From the NCBI RefSeq assembly GCF_003010495.1, contig NZ_CP027570.1, positions 120,001 through 152,000 of the forward strand: a stretch of 32,000 bases of DNA, read 5' to 3'. Below the pieces are notes generated by a model, which saw nothing but the letters and a program-made list of their open reading frames with translations, ran no database searches and had not been told where the DNA came from. Positions 8,623 through 16,139 of the stretch are shown in pieces (positions within the stretch are counted from its first letter, which is position 1; each line of letters begins with the position of its first letter). Position numbers and translations under genes: made by a program. Source of the stretch: Megasphaera elsdenii DSM 20460. GTDB taxonomy: Bacteria > Bacillota > Negativicutes > Veillonellales > Megasphaeraceae.

Positions 8623-10055
8623 TTTCTTTCCCCTTTCACAGGCACCGTCCCATAAGCGACGACAGGCGGATTTTCCCCTCGTTCCTGCGCCGGCAGGAAA
8701 CGGAACCAGAAATCATTGAACAAGCGGAAAATTTCTTTCCGCTGCGTGACGATGAATAAAATCGTGATCATGACGTAAATAGCCGACAAAATATCGGTCA
8801 TGGCCCACAGGGCATCGGCTTTGGCATTGTAGAGGACGACACAGGGAATCATGTAATAGATCATATAGACCTTGATCGCCCTGCGGTTGCGCCGGGTATC
8901 GCCGAAAGCATAATTGACCGATTTTTCGCAGCTGTAATACATGCCGATGATCGTCGTCCAGGCAAAGACCGTAATGGCGATGGCCATGAACCAGGCGCCC
9001 CAGTCACCAAAGGAAATGCGAAAGGCCACCGTCGTCAAGCTGGCACTGTCGACACCAGGATAATCGATGTAGGAATTTGTCAGGAGCAGCGACAAGGCCG
9101 TGACTGAGCAGACGACGATCGTATCGAGGAACACTTCGCCCCAGCCCCAGGAAGCCTGGCGGACAGGATGATCCGTCCGGGCCGTCGCATGGGCGATGAT
9201 GCCATAGCCCGTACCGGCGTCATTGGAATAAAGGCCGCGAGCAATGCCATAGCGCATGGCGTCCTTGACGGTGGCCCCGGCGAAACCGCCGACACCGGCC
9301 ATGGGCGTAAAGGCGCTGCGGACGATCAATTCCAGCGTCTCCGGTACCTGCGGCAGATGCTGGACGAGGATGGCCAGGCCGCCGAGGATGTAGAGCAGGG
9401 CCATGATGGGCACGACCCGTTCCATGACGGCCGAAATGCGCCGCAAGCCGCCGAAAATGGTGACGAAACAGGTGAGGCCCAGAAAAGCGGCTGACCAGAG
9501 CGGGTCGATGCCGAAGGCTTCCCGCAGGGCGCCGACGACGGATTCCGTCTGGACGCTGCACGTCCAGGGACCCAGAGTGAAACAGGCAATGGCCAGCAGG
9601 AAAGCCCCTTTCCGCCAGCCCAGGGCGTTGCGCATGACAAAGGACCGGTCGCACATGTATTCATCCATGGATTCAGAATACTTGACGCGGAAGCGCTGGC
9701 CCAAAATGATTTCGCAGGCCTTCGTCGACATGCCGAGACAGCCCGAGACCCACATCCAGAAGACGGCGCCGGGTCCGCCGGAAACGATGGCCGTCGCCAC
9801 GCCGCCGATATTGCCGACGCCGATCGTATTGGCCATGGCCGTACAAGCTGCGGCAAACCCCGATACCGACCCCTGGCCGCTGCCATGGCGCTGGAACATC
9901 TTGCCAAAAGTATTGCGGAAATGAAAGCCAATATGCCGGAAATTATAGTAAAAATGAAAACGGATGCTCAAATACAAGCCCATGCTGACCAGCACGACAA
10001 TCATCGGCGTCCCCCATAGCGCATCGGAGACCGCCATCAATCCATTCAAAATCAT
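8619..10055 (-). CDS. Alanine/glycine:cation symporter (AGCS) family amino-acid carrier
   Basis: Motifs GVGNIGGVATAI and GGPGAVFWMW. I prefer the ATG at 10055 (MILNGLMAVSDALWG...) because SD GGGGGA lies 5 nt upstream; the track start at 10073 has no SD. The stop overlaps the mmuM start (ATGA at 8619-8622). Confidence 0.88.
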   Translation of the reverse strand: MILNGLMAVSDALWGTPMIVVLVSMGLYLSIRFHFYYNFRHIGFHFRNTFGKMFQRHGSGQGSVSGFAAACTAMANTIGVGNIGGVATAIVSGGPGAVFWMWVSGCLGMSTKACEIILGQRFRVKYSESMDEYMCDRSFVMRNALGWRKGAFLLAIACFTLGPWTCSVQTESVVGALREAFGIDPLWSAAFLGLTCFVTIFGGLRRISAVMERVVPIMALLYILGGLAILVQHLPQVPETLELIVRSAFTPMAGVGGFAGATVKDAMRYGIARGLYSNDAGTGYGIIAHATARTDHPVRQASWGWGEVFLDTIVVCSVTALSLLLTNSYIDYPGVDSASLTTVAFRISFGDWGAWFMAIAITVFAWTTIIGMYYSCEKSVNYAFGDTRRNRRAIKVYMIYYMIPCVVLYNAKADALWAMTDILSAIYVMITILFIVTQRKEIFRLFNDFWFRFLPAQERGENPPVVAYGTVPVKGERK

Positions 10056-10180
10056 AATCTTCCCCCAATCCATACATAATCTGACTTACTAAGAATGACA
10101 TAAGCCATAGAAAAAGTCAATGATTCCTTCCATTTGTCACGTACTTTTCGATATGGTACAATTTATATAATCCAATTAAT

Positions 10181-10363
10181 TTGTTCATATCTTTCATTTT
10201 TATTTTGGAGCTGGGTATACATTCTTTGTGTCGCCTTTTTTTCCTCTTCCTGGTCATCTTATGCCTGGGAAAGCTCGGTGACATCCGCTTGGGAAACGAA
10301 GATGAAAAACCAGAATTCTCCTTTTTTTCCTGGCTGTGCATGCTGTTTTCAGCCGGTATGGGC
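10181..10363 (+). pseudogene. Remnant of the N-terminus of a BCCT (betaine/carnitine/choline) transporter
   Basis: The translation LGKLGDIRLGNEDEKPEFSFFSWLCMLFSAGMG matches the conserved BCCT N-terminal signature (G.ikLG..dekPEfs..SWfaMLFsAGMGiG). Similarity ends right after SAGMG and the frame stops at 10453. Full BCCT proteins, as I recall, are several hundred residues longer. Confidence 0.55.
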
Positions 10364-10480
10364 AATTCCTCAAACAGACCGTCGACCCGGCTTTCCAGAA
10401 CGGTATGTCAAGATGCTGGCAGCCGGCAAACACGACTTATACCTGACGGATAAAGTACATCCCAGACAAGGAGGAAAATC

Positions 10481-11854
10481 ATGAACCGCTGGAATAACTT
10501 AATCGATTTGAAAAGCGACTCGGCCCCGATGGAAGTCATCAATCAGCGCATCTTATCCGACGCCACCATCGAAGGCACGAACTTGATTGTCTTAGTCATG
10601 GCCATCATGATCGCCTGCATCGGCCTGAACTTGAACAGCGTCGCCGTCATCATCGGCGCCATGCTCATTTCCCCGCTGATGGGCGGTATCGTAGCAACGG
10701 GCTACGGAATGGCCACATATGACGTCCCTTTTATCCGCAAATCCCTCATCAAATTATCTTTCCAGGTCGGCCTGGCCGTGCTGACAGCTTCGATTTATTT
10801 TCTCCTTTCGCCGTTGACCTCGCCGACAGATGAAATGCTGGCCCGGACTACCCCGACGATCTGGGATGTCCTTGTCGCCTTATGCGGCGGGATTGCCGGT
10901 GCGGTCGGGAACACGCGGAAAGAAAAGAGCAATGTCATCCCCGGCGTCGCCATCGCCACGGCACTAATGCCGCCCCTCTGTACGGCCGGCTATGGGCTGG
11001 CCTCCGGGAATCACACGTTTTTCCTGGGTGCCTTGTACCTGTTCTTCATCAATGCCTTCTTCATTGCCTTGTCCTCGTTCCTGGTCTTCAAAGTCCTGAA
11101 AGTACCGCCTCATGGCAATATTGCCGAGGCCCATTTCCGCAAACAACGCCTCGTCTTGGTCACACTGGGCCTCTTGATCACCATCCCCAGTATCTACCTG
11201 GCCCATCAGACGGTAAAAGACGCCCTCCAGGAAGTCCAGGTCAAGTCGTTCATCCAGACGGACATGCAGTTCGAGAAAACCAGCGTCGTATCGTATGCAC
11301 TGAAAGACGATACCTTGACGGTCGACCTCGTCGGGGCGGTCTTGACCGAAGAACAAATCGAGCAGCTGAAAACAGCCATGAGCCACTATCACCGCCTGCA
11401 AGGCATAACCCTCTCCATCATCCAGGGAAACCGGAACCTGAACACAGAGGAAGTGCAGCAGTTGATCAATGCCCGCATCGAAAAACAGGGCAAAGCCGAC
11501 AAAGAAGCCTCTTACAAGATGCTGACCAGCAAATATTACCCGGCTTACGAACGGGCGGCGGCTGACCAGCAGGTCATCCAAACCCTCAACAGCCAGGCCC
11601 CCTTATTGTTCCCAGAAATACAGTCCGTCCGAGGCGGCACACTGACTGCCTTGAACCATAGCAAAGATACAAAAAACGGTGACTTCAGCTATGACCGCTT
11701 CATAGCTGAAGTCACCGTCACGACGCCGTTAAGCGCCGACGACGCCCTACGTCTCCACGACTGGATCAAAGGCCAGGTCAAGATGCCCGTCGTCATGAAT
11801 GTCCAGACCAGCGATACGCCCAGCGAATACTACGGCAACGGGATCCAGTGGTAG
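10481..11854 (+). CDS. DUF389 (TIGR00341-type) membrane protein with a soluble C-terminal extension
   Basis: 457 aa. The signature IGAMLISPLMGGIVATGYG and multiple TM segments occupy the first ~230 aa; the C-terminal ~220 aa are hydrophilic. SD AAGGAGG precedes the ATG. Confidence 0.75.
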   Translation: MNRWNNLIDLKSDSAPMEVINQRILSDATIEGTNLIVLVMAIMIACIGLNLNSVAVIIGAMLISPLMGGIVATGYGMATYDVPFIRKSLIKLSFQVGLAVLTASIYFLLSPLTSPTDEMLARTTPTIWDVLVALCGGIAGAVGNTRKEKSNVIPGVAIATALMPPLCTAGYGLASGNHTFFLGALYLFFINAFFIALSSFLVFKVLKVPPHGNIAEAHFRKQRLVLVTLGLLITIPSIYLAHQTVKDALQEVQVKSFIQTDMQFEKTSVVSYALKDDTLTVDLVGAVLTEEQIEQLKTAMSHYHRLQGITLSIIQGNRNLNTEEVQQLINARIEKQGKADKEASYKMLTSKYYPAYERAAADQQVIQTLNSQAPLLFPEIQSVRGGTLTALNHSKDTKNGDFSYDRFIAEVTVTTPLSADDALRLHDWIKGQVKMPVVMNVQTSDTPSEYYGNGIQW

Positions 11855-11872
11855 AACTGCGGCGGTCGGCCC

Positions 11873-12697
11873 CTACGATTGGCACTTCGGGCAGTAGTGG
11901 GTACCGCGGCCGTTCAATTTAGTGTATTCGATGGTCGTACCGCAGACCGTGCACGGCGTGCCTTCGCGGCCGTAGACGCGGAGGTTGTCCTGGTTCTGCC
12001 CTTCTTTGCCGTTACCGCTGATAAAGTTACGAATCGTCGTGCCGCCGTGTTCCAGGCCTTCCTGGAGGACGGCGACGATGGCTTCATGGAGGCGGGCCGC
12101 TTCTTTCTTGGTCACTGTATCGCTGTGGCGCAGGGGCCGGATGCCCGCCCGGAACAGGGCTTCATCGACGTAGATATTGCCCAAACCGGCCACTTTCGTC
12201 TGGTCCAGGAGGAGCGTCTTCACCGGCCGGTGGCAGCCCTTGAGGAGGTCATAGAGCCGGTCCGTCGTGAAGTCCGGACTGATGGCGTCCGGTCCCAGGT
12301 TGTCGTAACCTTTGACGCCTGTCGCCCCCTCTGACGGCACGAGCCACAGGCAGCCCAGGGTGCGGATATCGCGGTAGAGGAGGCGCCCTTCGCTGAGCGT
12401 AAAGATAAGATGAATGGCCCGGCCAGCATACTGGCCGGGCTTTTCTTCATAGAGCAGGCTGCCTGTCATGCGCAGATGGACCAGAAAGGACCAGGGACCG
12501 CGGCAGCGGACAAAGAGGTACTTGCCGCGGCGTTCCACGCCTTCCAGGGTCTGGCCGGTCAAGGCGGCTGCAAAACGGTCTGCCGTCGTATTCTTGATGA
12601 GCCTGGGCAGGCCTATTTCAACGGCCGTAATGGCCTTTCCCCGGACACGCTCGTCGAGGAAGGCCCGTATCGTTTCTACTTCCGGTAATTCTGGCAT
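11873..12697 (-). CDS. mutM: Formamidopyrimidine-DNA glycosylase
   Basis: 274 aa. N-terminus MPELPEVE and C-terminal zinc finger CTVCG...YCPKCQ. Confidence 0.95.
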   Translation of the reverse strand: MPELPEVETIRAFLDERVRGKAITAVEIGLPRLIKNTTADRFAAALTGQTLEGVERRGKYLFVRCRGPWSFLVHLRMTGSLLYEEKPGQYAGRAIHLIFTLSEGRLLYRDIRTLGCLWLVPSEGATGVKGYDNLGPDAISPDFTTDRLYDLLKGCHRPVKTLLLDQTKVAGLGNIYVDEALFRAGIRPLRHSDTVTKKEAARLHEAIVAVLQEGLEHGGTTIRNFISGNGKEGQNQDNLRVYGREGTPCTVCGTTIEYTKLNGRGTHYCPKCQS

Positions 12698-12705
12698 GAT
12701 TTCAC

Positions 12706-15282
12706 CTACTTCGCTTCTTCCCAGTTGACGCCGCTGTGAATGTCGACGACGAGGGGCACGGACAAGTCGACGATGTGTTCCATCGTGTCCTTGAGGAGCT
12801 GTTCCACTTCGTCCTTTTCCCCGGCCGGGACTTCCAGGACCAGTTCGTCATGGACCTGGACCAGGAGCTGGCTCTTCAAGTGGCGCTTTTCCAGTTCGTC
12901 CTGGACAGCGTTCATGGCCAGCTTGATGATATCGGCAGCACTGCCCTGGATAGGCGTGTTCATGGCCGTCCGTTCGGCAAAGGACCGGCGCGTGAAGTTC
13001 TTGCTGTTGATTTCCGGCAAGGCCCGGCGGCGGCCGAACATGGTGACGGCCATGCCCGATTCCTTCGCCGAGGCGATGAGGCCGTCCATGTAGTCATGGA
13101 CCGTGCTGTAGCGGGCAAAATACGAATCGATGTATTCCTTGGCTTTCTGGCGGGAAATGGAGATATTCCGGGCCAGGCCGAAGTCGCTGATGCCATAGAT
13201 GATGCCGAAGTTGACGGCCTTGGCATGGGACCGTTCTTCCGGCGTGACCTCGTCCAGGGGGATGCCGAAGACTTCCGACGCCGTCCGGCGGTGAATGTCC
13301 TGGCCCTTCTTGAAGCCGTCAATCATAGTCGGGTCCTGGGACAAGTGAGCCAGGAGGCGCAATTCGATCTGCGAATAGTCGCCAGAGACGATGTAGTCAT
13401 AGCCTTCGCCGGGCACGAAGAGGGAGCGTATCTTGCGGCCCTGTTCGGTCCGGATGGGGATATTCTGCAGATTCGGGTCGGAACTGCTCAAGCGTCCCGT
13501 CGACGTGACCATCTGGTTGAAATGGGTATAGATGCGCCCCGTTTCCGGCACGATGAGCGGTTCCAGGCCATCGAGATAAGTGGAAATGAGTTTCTTCAAG
13601 GCCCGGAAGTGCAGGATCTTGTCTATCATGGGATGCTTGTCGCGCAGGGCGTCGAGGACGGAACTGTCCGTCGAATAGCCCGTCTTGGTCTTCTTGATGA
13701 CCGGCAGCTGCAACTTCTCGAAGAGGATGACGCCGAGCTGTTTCGGCGAATTGATGTTGAAGGTCTCGCCGGCGTCGTCGTAAATGGCTTCTTCCAGGGC
13801 ATCAGCCTGGCGGGACAATTCGCTCTTCATGGTCATGAGGCGGTCCGTATCGACAGTGAAGCCGTTCATTTCCATGACGGCCAGCGTATGGATGAGCGGT
13901 TCTTCGATGGTATCATAGAGCTGTGTCAGGGATGCCTTATCCAATTCAGCTGCCGCTTTGGGCCAGACCTGGAAGGCAAAGGCGGCATCGCCGGCCAGCT
14001 TCTGTTCGTCGTCTTCGGCCCCTTCCTGGAGGCTGACGTCGAAGGTCTCAGAAATATACGTCAAGCCGTAAGCCGTCCGCGTCGGGTCCAACAAGTAGGC
14101 TGCCAGGACGATGTCCTTCAAGGGCAGGCGGCCCGATGCCACGCGGGATGCGGCCTTGGTCAGATTCTTACCGTCATCGGTGACGACGGCCGCCGCTTCA
14201 GGCAGGACGGCGAGATAGGCGTCGTACTTGCTTTCGGGGACGACGAAAGCGCCGTCCTCGACAGCCATGGCCAGGGCCGTCACGGCCGGGATGGGCTGGC
14301 TGTCGTCATAGCGGGCGGCGACGGCGACGGTCTTCCCTTTCAGGCTGGCTGCCTCGGGAGCGGCCATGACCTGGACGGTTTCAGCCGGGGCCACCCCTTC
14401 GGCCAGATGGGAAAAGCGGTCGAAGGCAGCAAAGCGTTCCAGGAGATTGCGGAAGCCCAGGCTGCGGAAGAGCTGGGCCACGTCTTCCTGGCGCGGCTGG
14501 GGCTGGAACATGTCCATGGTATAATCCAGGGGCACGTCGCAGCGGATGGTCGCCAAATCCTTGGACAAGACGGCCTTGTCCTTGTTATCGGCCAGTTTTT
14601 CCTGCAATTTCTTGCCCTTCACTTCGTCCAAGTGCTCATAGACGCCGTGGACGCTGCCGAACTGGCTGATGAGCTTGAGCGCCGTCTTTTCGCCGACACC
14701 GGGGACGCCGGGGATGTTGTCGGCCGTATCGCCCATGAGAGCCTTCATGTCGATGACCTGGGCCGGCGTATAGCCGTATTCGCTTTCCATGACGGCCGGC
14801 GTGACGGCCAGCATGTTGGTGATACCCTTCTTGGTCAGATAGACCGTCACGTCGTCTGTGACCAGCTGCAAAGCATCGCGGTCACCGGTGACGACGTCGA
14901 CGGCATAGCCATCGGCAGCGGTCCGCCGGGCCAGGGTACCGATGATGTCGTCTCCTTCATAGCCTTCCTGTTCGAGGACGCAGATGCCCAGGCAGGCCAG
15001 GACTTCGCGGATCAAGGCGAACTGCGGCCGCAGGTCGTCCGGTGCCGGCTTGCGCGTAGCCTTGTAGCCGTCGAACAAGTCGTTGCGGAACGTGTGCTTG
15101 CCCTTGTCGAAGGCGACGGCGACGTACTGCGGGTCCAGTTCGCCGTATAATTTCAATAACATGTTCAAAAAGCCATAGACAGCATTGGTCGGATGCCCCT
15201 GGGCGTCGGTCAGATGCGGAATGGCATAAAAGGCCCGGTAGAGCAGACTGCTGCCGTCGATGATGACGATATTTTCTTTCAT
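12706..15282 (-). CDS. polA: DNA polymerase I
   Basis: 858 aa. 5'-nuclease N-terminus (IIDGSSLLYRAFYA) and family-A polymerase motifs (DYSQIELR, RRSFAERTAMNTPIQGSAADI, QVHDE). Confidence 0.97.
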   Translation of the reverse strand: MKENIVIIDGSSLLYRAFYAIPHLTDAQGHPTNAVYGFLNMLLKLYGELDPQYVAVAFDKGKHTFRNDLFDGYKATRKPAPDDLRPQFALIREVLACLGICVLEQEGYEGDDIIGTLARRTAADGYAVDVVTGDRDALQLVTDDVTVYLTKKGITNMLAVTPAVMESEYGYTPAQVIDMKALMGDTADNIPGVPGVGEKTALKLISQFGSVHGVYEHLDEVKGKKLQEKLADNKDKAVLSKDLATIRCDVPLDYTMDMFQPQPRQEDVAQLFRSLGFRNLLERFAAFDRFSHLAEGVAPAETVQVMAAPEAASLKGKTVAVAARYDDSQPIPAVTALAMAVEDGAFVVPESKYDAYLAVLPEAAAVVTDDGKNLTKAASRVASGRLPLKDIVLAAYLLDPTRTAYGLTYISETFDVSLQEGAEDDEQKLAGDAAFAFQVWPKAAAELDKASLTQLYDTIEEPLIHTLAVMEMNGFTVDTDRLMTMKSELSRQADALEEAIYDDAGETFNINSPKQLGVILFEKLQLPVIKKTKTGYSTDSSVLDALRDKHPMIDKILHFRALKKLISTYLDGLEPLIVPETGRIYTHFNQMVTSTGRLSSSDPNLQNIPIRTEQGRKIRSLFVPGEGYDYIVSGDYSQIELRLLAHLSQDPTMIDGFKKGQDIHRRTASEVFGIPLDEVTPEERSHAKAVNFGIIYGISDFGLARNISISRQKAKEYIDSYFARYSTVHDYMDGLIASAKESGMAVTMFGRRRALPEINSKNFTRRSFAERTAMNTPIQGSAADIIKLAMNAVQDELEKRHLKSQLLVQVHDELVLEVPAGEKDEVEQLLKDTMEHIVDLSVPLVVDIHSGVNWEEAK

Positions 15283-15300
15283 AGAACCTCCCTACTCCCT

Positions 15301-15636
15301 TCACCGATGCAGCAGGGAGCTGACGATGCTGTAGATGCAGTAGATGACGAAGATGCCCAAGAGGTAGGGCATGGCCATGATGATGAAGCCCAGGGCGCCG
15401 ATGATGACGGCGACGATGCAGAAGACGATGAAGCCCAGGGCCAGTTTGACGCGCCACGAGAGGCCGGACGTGACGATATGGATGCCGCTGTGCTGGCGAC
15501 GCGCTTCCTGTTCCTGGCGCAGCCGTTCTTCATAGAGGGACTTCTGGTCGTGGACCGTACCATCTTCGTCAATGGTCTGGCCGCGGAAACTGTCCCGTTC
15601 GTGATCGGAAAGGATTTTGGGATCTTCTGAATTCAT
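15301..15636 (-). CDS. Hypothetical small membrane protein (charged N-terminus plus two C-terminal TM helices)
   Basis: 111 aa. Good SD (AAGGAG, 9-nt spacing). Packed between smpB (17-nt gap) and polA (18-nt gap). I recognise no family. Confidence 0.6.
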   Translation of the reverse strand: MNSEDPKILSDHERDSFRGQTIDEDGTVHDQKSLYEERLRQEQEARRQHSGIHIVTSGLSWRVKLALGFIVFCIVAVIIGALGFIIMAMPYLLGIFVIYCIYSIVSSLLHR

Positions 15637-15653
15637 AGACGATTCTCCTTCTG

Positions 15654-16127
15654 TTAATAGTTACGGCTCTTCATGCGGCGTTCAATGTCGCGCTTGGCTT
15701 CTTTTTCAGCCAGGGCCTGCCGCTTGTCGTAGAGTTTCTTCCCGGTCACCAGGGCGACGGTCACTTTGACCTTCCCCTTTTTGAAATAGAGGTTGAGCGG
15801 GATGAGGGTATAGCCTTTTTCCTGGATCTTGCCCAGGAGCTTGATGATTTCATATTTATGGAGCAAGAGCTTGCGCGTCCGCAGGGGATCGTGGTTGAAG
15901 CGGTTGCCCTGGTCATAGGGGCTGATGTGCATGCCCAGGAGGAAGACTTCGCCGTTCTCGATGCGGCAGAAGCTGTCCTTCAAATTGACCTTGCCCTGGC
16001 GCAGGGACTTGACTTCCGTCCCCGTCAGGGCAATGCCGGCTTCATACGTTTCATGGATAAAATAATCGTGACGGGCCTTGCGGTTGTCCGAAATATATTT
16101 CACACCTTTTGTCGGTGACGTTGCCAA
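15654..16127 (-). CDS. smpB: SsrA-binding protein
   Basis: 157 aa with the SmpB pattern (NRKARHDY...GTEVKS...LLLHK.EI). Confidence 0.95.
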   Translation of the reverse strand: MATSPTKGVKYISDNRKARHDYFIHETYEAGIALTGTEVKSLRQGKVNLKDSFCRIENGEVFLLGMHISPYDQGNRFNHDPLRTRKLLLHKYEIIKLLGKIQEKGYTLIPLNLYFKKGKVKVTVALVTGKKLYDKRQALAEKEAKRDIERRMKSRNY

Positions 16128-16139
16128 AACAAATTCCTC

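Noticed and set aside
10056-10180. Possible SAM (S-box) riboswitch or Met T-box ahead of the AGCS-mmuM operon.
   Set aside because: I read the minus-strand leader and found none of the conserved cores (no GGCAACC/GAGGGA S-box elements, no GGUGGUACC T-box). Only a weak TTGACT-17-CATTCT promoter-like pair is visible.
10117-10484. ORFs 10117-10365(-) and 10134-10484(+) in the spacer.
   Set aside because: They overlap the BCCT remnant in the wrong frame or strand, and have no SD and no motifs.
12736-15150. 804-aa ORF on the plus strand, antisense to polA. Similar long antisense ORFs: 1328-2857(-), 16311-18347(+), 18916-19770(+), 19650-20348(+), 21190-22290(+), 22700-23779(+), 24460-26064(+), 29855-30619(+).
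   Set aside because: Each lies opposite a gene with unmistakable family motifs. Their translations are low-complexity (rich in D, E, G, A, V, R) with no recognisable domains and no SD. Long stop-free antisense frames are expected in G+C-rich, codon-biased genes.
15637-15653. tmRNA (ssrA) expected downstream of smpB.
   Set aside because: Only 17 nt separate smpB from the next CDS, and no tRNA-like acceptor or T-arm sequence is present nearby.
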